The notes beneath the pieces are model-generated. The model worked only from the letters and a program-made list of their open reading frames with translations, had not been told where the DNA came from and ran no database searches. Below, one piece after another: positions 55,159-64,000 of a stretch of 64,000 bases of DNA (position 1 is its first letter; each line of letters starts with the position of its first letter). The translations under genes and the position numbers were made by a program. The stretch comes from Bugula neritina (Eukaryota; Animalia; Bryozoa). The stretch lies in the NCBI GenBank assembly GCA_964035545.1, contig OZ037772.1:1612001-1676000 (forward strand). Reading direction: 5' to 3'.

Positions 55159-58100
55159 ATGGTGGAACACGCCGTCGTCTGTCCGTACGGACACGGCGGA
55201 ACATTCCACCCGAGTGGCAGGTACCACGCAGGACTAGTAGGCCCGCACAACGGCCCAGTACCTTCTCCCTGCCACTCGCTAACCGGTTTCACCGGTTACC
55301 TCGGGAAGAGGAGCCCGCCACTGAAATGGAGCCAGAAGGCCCAGTGGAGAGGCCCAAACCCCGCCGGCACCAACCTCGCCGCCGGAAGCCCCGTAAACCA
55401 CGGGTGAAACCCCCGCCGTCCTGTCAAACCAGGACAGCACATGCGGGGGGGGGTGAAAGTACAACCACATGGAGAGAGCTATTTCCTACCCGGAAAGGTG
55501 GCCGGCAACGCCGTCACTTTCCTGCTCGACTCCGGTTGTACTACCAACCTTCTCAGTCGTAGAGTCTTTGAGGCACTGCCCCGCCGGGACAGGGATAGAG
55601 TACGACCGTATACTGGAGAACATGGCACCCTGGCAGACGGGTCATGTATCCCCTTTTATGGTATTATCGAGCTCCCTGGGCGTGTCCGAGATCAGGCTGT
55701 ACAGGAGACCTTTATCATAGGTCAACTGGAAGAAGATGCTATCCTCGGAATGCCCTTCTTGAAGCAGCACCAGTGCCGAATAGATTTCAGTAAGTCGGTG
55801 GTGCTGATGGGCGGGCGAGAACTCGCCTGTGTGGATAAGTTTGGGCGTCCCCTGGTGGGCGGTGTTCAGGTAGTTCGAAACTGCACCGTACCCGGACGCT
55901 CCAGAGCTACTATCCACTGCCGAGTGAACAGCAACCGGATAGCCAGGCTCGGGGTCGTTGAAAGCGCGCACGAAAAGATCCAACTCGCCAGTAGTTTAAA
56001 CCGACTGACTGAGCGAGGGGAGGTCTTAGTGCAGTGCGTCAACCCCTTTACCGAGCCCATTGAGCTCCCAGCTGGGTCAATGCTGGGCCGGTTCCATTCC
56101 GTCCAGGAAGAGGACGTGGGCCCGTCGCTGGGTGACGCGACGGAGGCACCCCCTCGACACCCTATTCAGGGACGAGGGGCAGTCCCAACACATCTCCGGG
56201 AGTTATACGAAACAGCCAGTGGCGGCTGCGCGAGTAACAGAGAACGCCAAGCTATGGCCAAGTTACTACGCGACTACGGTGATGTGTTCAGCAGCGGAGA
56301 GCATGATGTGGGACTGACTGGAATTGTCAGACACGAAATACCGCTGACTGCAGGGACAGTCCCTGTCCGGCAGCCCACGCGCAGGCTGGGGCCGGAGAAA
56401 GAGAAGGAGGTTAGCCGACAAGTACGGGATCTTCTGGACCGGGGACTGATAGAGCCCGCCCATAGTGCGTGGAGCTCGCCAGTCGTACTGGTCCGGAAGA
56501 AAGACGGCAGTTGGCGGTTCTGTGTGGACTACCGCAAACTCAATAGCGTAACCATACAGGACGCCTACCCTCTACCTCGTATTGACGAGTCATTGGACGC
56601 CCTAGCCGGCAGCAAGTACTTCAGTACGTTAGACTTGCTAAGCGGCTATTGGCAGGTTCCTCTGAGTCCCGACGCCCAAGAGAAAGCGGCGTTTATCACA
56701 CGGGACGGTTTGTGGAAGTGGAAGGTGCTGCCCTTCGGGTTAACCTCCGCCCCAGCCACCTTCCAGAGGCTGATGGAACAAGTCCTTAGCGGACTCCATT
56801 GGAAGACACTGCTGGTCTACCTCGATGATGTCATCGTAATCTCTCCAGACTTCGAGACACATGTCAGTCGTCTGCAGGAGGTTTTCGAGAGACTCCGAGG
56901 TGCCGGTCTTAAGCTCAAACCTTCCAAGTGCGCTCTGTTGCAGCCGGAGGTCAAGTACCTGGGGCACGTTGTCGGTCGAAACGGCGTGGCAACGGATCCC
57001 GAAAAGGTACGGGCAGTAGAAGACTGGGTCACCCCCCAAGACTTGACCGGACTCCGGGCTTTCTTGGGGCTGGTAGGGTATTACAGGCAATACATACCAG
57101 ACTTTGCGGGCATAGCCCAGCCGTTAAACCGGCTTACCGCAAAGGGAGTGACGTGGCAGTGGACTCCAGTCGAACAAGAAGCGTTCGACCGCCTCAAGGG
57201 CTGCCTCCTAACGGCGCCCATCTTGGCCTACCCAGACCCCACTCTGGAGTACATCCTAGACACGGACGCCAGTGACCAGAATGTTGGCGCTGTGCTGTCA
57301 CAAGTGCAGGAAGGCCGAGAAGTAGTAGTAGCCTACTACAGCAAGTCTCTCTCTCCCGCTGAACGAAATTACTGCACTACCCGCAAGGAGCTGCTGGCAG
57401 TAATCAAGTCAGTGAAGCACTTCAGACCATACCTATATGGCAGGAAGTTCCGGCTGCGTACGGATCATGCCTCGCTGATCTGGTTGTGCAGGAGAGCAGA
57501 GCCCTCCAGTCAGGTCGCCCGGTGGCTCGAAATCCTAGCTGAATTCTCGTACCGGATCGAACACCGACCGGGCAAGAGACACAGCAATGCGGATGGGTTG
57601 AGTCGCCGACCTGACGGAGGTTGCAAACAGTGTCTCAACATCGAGAGGAGGGATGGAGGTCCCCCACGATGCGAGCTGGAGACGCTGGCTCATCACGGAG
57701 CACCGTTTGACTGGGATCAAGGTCAACTCAGGCAAAGAGTTGATGAGTCCCCGGAGGATGTACAAAACCTCCGCGCCAACCCTGTACTGGCCGGTAATGT
57801 TCGAGAGCTGAAGAAGCTCCAAGAGGAGCTGCCTGGAGTCGTGGCAGACATCTACCGGGCCAAAAGGGAAGGGCGACGACCCAGCGAGGAACGCATACGA
57901 CAGGGATGCGCCGAGTTCCGGCTATACTGTCAGCGTTGGGACTCGCTGCGGATCGGGCAGGTTGAGTTGCTAACCTTCTCTCTAGCTGCCAGCGGCAGAC
58001 ACCCGGAAAGGAAGAGGGTAGTCTGCCCCACAGCCATCCGCCGTGAGTTGATTTGGGATACTCACAAGCAGGCCCACGCAGGGGTCAAGCGAGTGATATC

Positions 58101-59727
58101 CAAATTACGACTCCGGTGGTATTGGCCGCAGATGAAGCGTGACGTCCGGCTCAGAGTCAAACAGTGTGAGATCTGCCAGGCCAGTAAGCATAGCCGCCCC
58201 CCTGGTGAAGCGGGACGGCGGAGGCTATATGCTGGTAGGCCCTGGCAAGTAGTCGCTGTAGACCTGGTCGGACCCATGCCCCTGACCCCCAGAGGCAATA
58301 ATTGGATCCTAGTACTAACCGACCACTTTACTAGGTGGGCGGATGCTCTGGCTATCCCAGATGCATCAGCCCCAACAGTGGCCAGGGCACTAGACCAACA
58401 TGTATTCTGTTATTTTGGGCTTCCCGAACAGATACACTCTGATCAAGGCGCTCAATTCCAGTCTCAACTGATGAGCGACCTTTGCCACCTCTGGGGAGTA
58501 AATCAGAGCAGGACCACCCCCTACCACCCTCAAGGTAACGGGGTGGTGGAGCGCAACAACCGGATGCTAGGTGATGCGCTCCGGAGTCTCCTCCTTGGAC
58601 GAGGTCAAGAGGAATGGGATACGGTGTTGCCGCAAGTCATGCGTGCATACCGTAGCACCCCACACACCAGTACTGGTGAGACCCCAAACCTCTTGATGCT
58701 CGGGAGAGAGACTCGTGTCCCTGACCATCTCACCTATCACGTTCCAGAGCAGGATAACTCAGTCCACGAGTATGCCAGTGAACTAGTGGAACGGATGAAG
58801 GCCGCACACGAGATACTGCGTCAACAGCAGTGGAAGGTGCGGCACGAAGATTCCGATGAACCACCCCTCTATCAAAGAGGAGATAAGGTGTGGATGGTCA
58901 ATTACCGTAGGCGCCGCGGACAGGCTGATAAGCTGAAGCCTAAGTTCGTAGGCCCCTACGTGGTCGTCGAGGCTATGCCCAATCATACGTACAAGATTGA
59001 GCGCTCAGGACAGGTGTCTATCCAGAATGAGTCTCGCTTGAAACCGCATTGGGCTAGCCCTGACGGAGTGGGAGAAGCCCCCCCGTTGTTAGAGCCCAGG
59101 AGGCAGACAACGATGCGCGGGCGACGGCGGCATGGACCTGAATACGAAGTGGTCATACCGCGGGAGGAAAACTTGGTGAGAGAGGAGCGGCAGCTTTTGT
59201 CAACAGAAGCGTGTCCGCCACCGCCAAGTCTAATTCCATCACTTCCAGAAACCGAGCCGGTTCCGGAAGTGCAAACCCCCACGGAGGGAGGGGCTCCATC
59301 CGGAGAACAAGAAGAGGTGACCACTAACGGTGAAGTAGAGACGCCATTTGAGGCCCCTACTAACGAACCGGCAAGCGTGTCACCCCCCCTAGAAAGGGGA
59401 CAGCGTACGAGGAAACCCCCACCGTATTTGAAAGACTTCATATGTGACTGCATTAGAAGCGGCGCATATGAAAGTCTAGGGGAAAAACGTACGATAAAAT
59501 GTTGGAGTTGTGAACCCCACGCAAATATCAACTTTTGCGAGGGCGGAATAGTGGGAGGAATTAATGCGCGTAAAGCAAATAGTTCCGACCTCGTGCCTCA
59601 GAAACGATGCTCAGCCTTTTCTTATGCTGACATCGCCAAAGGCAGACGTATCCCACAACCAGCTCCAACCTTACCAAGAACGTTGAGTATGGACATTAAT
59701 ACCGAGTTCCCAGGTAAGCCAGTATAA
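55101..59727 (+). CDS. pol: Gypsy-D pol (protease-RT-RNase H-integrase); 1-nt frame break at the G9 run 55445-55453
   Basis: The -1 frame from 55101 is homologous to the Gypsy-B pol N-terminus; the main ORF 55441..59727 carries all catalytic motifs. Confidence 0.92.
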
Positions 59728-59744
59728 GTCTTGTATTCCTATTC

Positions 59745-60818
59745 ATGGAAACGGGCTCGATGCCAGTAAATTCTGAACTAATTCAGCAGATTGAATCAGA
59801 ATTACTGGGAACCACGTTTCATGTGAATGACGATGAAGACACTGTAATGGCCGACGGTCTGTTAGACCTGGAGCTAGACACTGTTCTTGGTCAGTCCACA
59901 CATGATTCATCAGTTCCTCGAGTGCATTCCAAAAGCTGTGACTCTCAGGCTAGCAACGGTCGACAGTCACTAGAATTATGTTGTAAAGATCCACCGCGAT
60001 CTAACACTAATTCTACTTTTGTAGACACACTCGCACCCGTCTCTACGGACATGCCTTCTCTAGAGATGGCATGGGACCCAGAGCCGGCCCCAACGACTCC
60101 TACCACCAGGCAACTACCACCCCAGTTGGAAGCAACCTCCAACTGGATTACCCCTGCCACAGAGAGAGAAATCAGGACCCATCAAGGAGGTGAGAGTAAT
60201 CGTGAATGCAACCTCTGCCAGCAGCGATTCACAACCCACCGCAGACTAAAGGTGCACTTGCCGCAGCACTACATCACCACTTTCTGCCCTTGCGGAGAAT
60301 ATAGCTATAACCGTGATTACCTACTGCGGCACCAACGTACTATGCAGTGCTATCAAGGACATGTCTATGAAGTAGACGAATCATCATATCCTGCCTTTCT
60401 CAACGCCATCAAACCACTCATCACTGACTCAGCTCGGCTATCTCGCCTGGAGCAAGGCTTCCCTTCCCCGCGACCTATCATCTCTGGAGCCGCAGATAAA
60501 CCTACACAGTCTGCTAACTCTCCACCTCACAGTCCTATACGCATGCCGCATACCTTTCCTCGTGTCGTACTACAGAGAGTAGACACAAACGCGTATACAC
60601 TCCCTCCTCCTCTTCCATCCTCAGAGCGGAAACGACACAGGCAACCAACTTCCTCTCGCTCGTCCCCCTGGGCCCGTAACCTACGTGAGGTAGAAGCTAG
60701 GGCGCATGACTTGGAGCAAGAAGTGTACAGGCTGGCCCCACGAATACAGGCAGCCTCCAGTGAACTCAAATACTTACAGGAGTCGATTAAACGCATGAAG
60801 CGTGCGGCACGCAGCTAA
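59745..60818 (+). CDS. Gypsy-D ORF3: C2H2 + CxC-H-C zinc-finger/coiled-coil protein (predicted spliced exon starts at 60025)
   Basis: CNLC-QQRFTTHRRLKV-HLPQH, FCPC-x12-H-x5-C, ERKRHR, heptad C-terminus; homologous to Gypsy-B ORF3; lies between pol and the 3' LTR. Confidence 0.88.
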   Translation: METGSMPVNSELIQQIESELLGTTFHVNDDEDTVMADGLLDLELDTVLGQSTHDSSVPRVHSKSCDSQASNGRQSLELCCKDPPRSNTNSTFVDTLAPVSTDMPSLEMAWDPEPAPTTPTTRQLPPQLEATSNWITPATEREIRTHQGGESNRECNLCQQRFTTHRRLKVHLPQHYITTFCPCGEYSYNRDYLLRHQRTMQCYQGHVYEVDESSYPAFLNAIKPLITDSARLSRLEQGFPSPRPIISGAADKPTQSANSPPHSPIRMPHTFPRVVLQRVDTNAYTLPPPLPSSERKRHRQPTSSRSSPWARNLREVEARAHDLEQEVYRLAPRIQAASSELKYLQESIKRMKRAARS

Positions 60819-62189
60819 CTCGAGTCTACCTACCACTCCCTACTACTCATTCCCCTACCTCTCTGTGGCATTCCCTACCGTAATGGTGGCACGTACTCTA
60901 TATGTAGATAGGACCTTCTCTTGCTTATTACTTAGTGCACGATATATATACCTGTATATTTTTTACCAGTTGTTGTTTTTTATATACTTTTATGCTGTTC
61001 TCTTACCCCCCAACGAAGTTTACGTTTTTTTATGTGAATCTTATTTTATCAGAAAGTGGGCTTTCTGCTGGAGGGGGCAGTGTGGTGGCTCGTGGAGCTA
61101 CCAGCAACACAATACGCAAGGTTGCGTATTGACCCGGAACAATGTATTAGCCAATTAGCTAAGCTGTTTGATAAGTAATAGTAGCCGCTTCGCGCTACTA
61201 GCTCAGTTCAGGATAGTGCTGTAAATTAAATAGACGTGCGTATCATTACTGTTGTACATTGGATTTTTATTATGTATTCTTGTATTAAATATAACGGTAT
61301 CTACTCCACTTAACCGGTGAAGTTTCTCTAGTGTTAAATAGACTCTCTTGGTGGCACATCAACCCTAAATCTGAAAACTATAACAATAGTAATAATCACA
61401 GTACTAATAGTTATAGTATTAGTAATTAGAGTAATACTAATAGTAATACTACCACTAGTAGTAGCAGTAGTGCTAGTAGTAGTAGGCTACATGATGATGA
61501 TCATTATGATTATGATTATGAAGATGGTTATTACTATAACTATTACGGTATGAGTATAACTATAACTGTATTGGTATTTGATTTTATTTTGCATTGCTAA
61601 TTGAAGACCATGCGTTAAAATTAGCTGTTTCTCTCTTTTCTAAGTTACATTTCAAGTTGCACACTAATAGACATATATGCTTTCAATTTTTTTGGTCTAT
61701 CTTTAAGTTGTGAAACTTGACCAGTATGACTACGACTAACTGTAACTAGAATAAAATATTGGATGATAGAGAAGTTCCATACCGTTACACCTCCTTTGAC
61801 TTGTGCTACCGTCGGTAGTGCTAAAAGAGTGGAGCCAAAGAAAAGCATAATCACAGAATTCACAGCCTGCTGGTTTGAGATTTTTGTGGTCTAGAGATTG
61901 TACTGGGTTACAGAGATCTTTTTCCCCGTCTGTGAATTTTTGATCCCTGCGGTTGTTTCTGACTGTGGGTAGTTGGAGGTGTTGAGGGAGTGGGCTCACT
62001 GGGTAGGCTATATTATTGTAATCATATTAACCAACTTGACAGTTTACTAATTCATTGTCTAACTCTGTCTGTCTTTGTCTAGTAACACTATTTATTTATT
62101 TATTTACTTATTAATTTATTTATTTGACTAAATCTTGTCTGTCTTTGTCTAGTAACACTATTTATTTATTTACTTACTTATTAATTTAA

Positions 62190-64000
62190 TTAAATTACTA
62201 GTTTATATTACCAAGTTATATTACTAGTTTATGTTACCAAATTAAATTACTAGTTTATATTACCAAGTTATATTACCAAGTTGTATTACCAGTTTATGTT
62301 ACCAAGTTATATTACTAGTTAATGTTACCAAGTTAAATTGCTAGTTTATATTACCAAGTTATATTACCAAGTTGTATTACTAGTTTATATTACCGAATTA
62401 TATTACTAGTTAATGTTACCAAGTTATATTAACAGTTAATGTTACCAAGTTAAATTACTAGTTTATATTACCAAGTTATATTACCAGTTTATATTACCAA
62501 GTTATATTACCAGTTTATGTTACCAAGTTATCTTACTAGTTTATATTACCAAGTTATATTGTCAGTTTATATTACCAAGTTATCTTACTAGTTTATATTA
62601 CCAAGTTATATTACTAGTTTATATTACCAAGTTATATTACTAGTTAATGCTACCAAGTTGTATTACCAGTTTATGTTACCAAGTTATCTTACTAGTTTAT
62701 ATTACCAAGTTATATTACTAGTTTATGTTACCAAATTAAATTACTAGTTTATATTACCAAGTTATATTACCAAGTTGTATTACCAGTTTATGTTACCAAG
62801 TTATATTACTAGTTAATGTTACCAAGTTAAATTACTAGTTTATATTACCAACTTATATTACCAAGTTGTATTACTAGTTTATATTACCGAATTATATTAC
62901 TAGTTAATGTTACCAAGTTATATTACTAGTTAATGTTACCAAGTTATATTACCAGTTTATGTTACCAAGTTATATCACTAGTTTATGTTACCAAATTAAA
63001 TTACTAGTTTATATTACCAAGTTATATTACCAAGTTGTATTACCAGTTTATATTACCGAATTATATTACTAGTTAATGTTACCAAGTTATATTACTAGTT
63101 AATGTTACCAAGTTATATTACCAGTTTATGTTACCAAGTTATATCACTAGTTTATGTTACCAAATTAAATTACTAGTTTATATTACTAAGTTATATTACC
63201 AAGTTATATTACCAAGTTGTATTACCAGTTTATGTTACCAAGTTATATTACTAGTTAATGTTACCAAGTTAAATTACTAGTTTATATTACCAAGTTATAA
63301 TACCAGTTTATATTACCAAGTTATATTACCAGTTTATGTTACCAAGTTATATCACTAGTTTATGTTACCAAATTAAATTACTAGTTTATGTTACCAAGTT
63401 ATATTACTAGTTAATGTTACCAAGTTAAATTACTAGTTTATATTACCAAGTTATATTACCAGTTTATATTACCAAGTTATATTACCAGTTTATGTTACCA
63501 AGTTATCTTACTAGTTTATATTACCAAGTTGTATTACCAGTTTATGTTACCAAGTTATATTACTAGTTTATATTACCAAGTTATATTACCAGTTTATATT
63601 ACCAAGTTAAATTACTAGTTTATATTACCAAGTTATATTACCAAGTTATATTGCCAGTTTATATCACCAAGCTATATTACTAGCTTATGTTACCAAGTTA
63701 TATTAACAGTTAATGTTACCAAGTTAAATTACTAGTTTATATTACCAAGTTATATTACCAGTTTATATTACCAAGTTATATTACCAGTTTATGTTACCAA
63801 GTTATCTTACTAGTTTATATTACCAAGTTATATTGTCAGTTTATATTACCAAGTTATCTTACTAGTTTATATTACCAAGTTATATTACTAGTTTATATTA
63901 CCAAGTTATATTACTAGTTAATGCTACCAAGTTGTATTACCAGTTTATGTTACCAAGTTATCTTACTAGTTTATATTACCAAGTTATATTACTAGTTTAT
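62190..64000. repeat. Satellite of alternating 13-bp subunits (TTACCAAGTTATA / TTACYAGTTTATR; 26-bp unit) running off the window
   Basis: Direct periodicity. Confidence 0.95.

Larger units (their letters stand above)
53948..61385 (+). mobile_element. Gypsy-D: full-length Ty3/Gypsy element related to Gypsy-B, with a third zinc-finger gene
   Basis: 305-bp LTRs 53948-54252 and 61081-61385 (2 mismatches seen); 4-bp TSD ATAG; PBS 54254-54271; PPT-like GGAGGGGGCAG. Confidence 0.97.

Noticed and set aside
59745-60818. ORF3 as a retroviral-type env
   Set aside because: No signal peptide, fusion peptide or transmembrane anchor; it has zinc fingers and basic patches instead
61600-62000. Possible exon or TE fragment right of Gypsy-D
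   Set aside because: No recognisable motif or consistent splice structure

Overview
This is AT-rich, intron-containing metazoan (invertebrate-like) genomic DNA; the organism cannot be identified from the sequence. Host content: (i) a decayed partial KIF14-like kinesin copy (- strand, about 0.3-6.4 kb); (ii) a TRIM gene (RING, two B-boxes, coiled coil, beta-propeller; + strand, 18519-37114) whose coiled-coil exon is split by a PIF/Harbinger transposon (23422-34721), itself interrupted by a Gypsy element; (iii) a C6orf136/DUF2358-like gene (- strand, 8 phase-consistent exons, 40481-47010) with large intronic minisatellites. Four full-length, young Ty3/Gypsy LTR retrotransposons are present, with LTRs, PBS and TSDs resolved to the base: A 10779-15550 (+), B 25677-33172 (-), C 49321-53821 (-), D 53948-61385 (+). 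Main candidate novelty: B and D are related 'complex' Gypsy elements. In the env position each carries a third gene for a soluble C2H2 + CxC-H-C zinc-finger/coiled-coil protein. Both conserve a phase-1 splice donor at gag codon 15 and a phase-1 branch point/acceptor before this gene, predicting a spliced subgenomic mRNA (276 and 278 aa). They also share a -1 frameshift signal and a near-identical 3.26 kb RT-RNaseH-integrase block inside otherwise divergent backbones. All translations and alignments were done by eye; no database searches were run.
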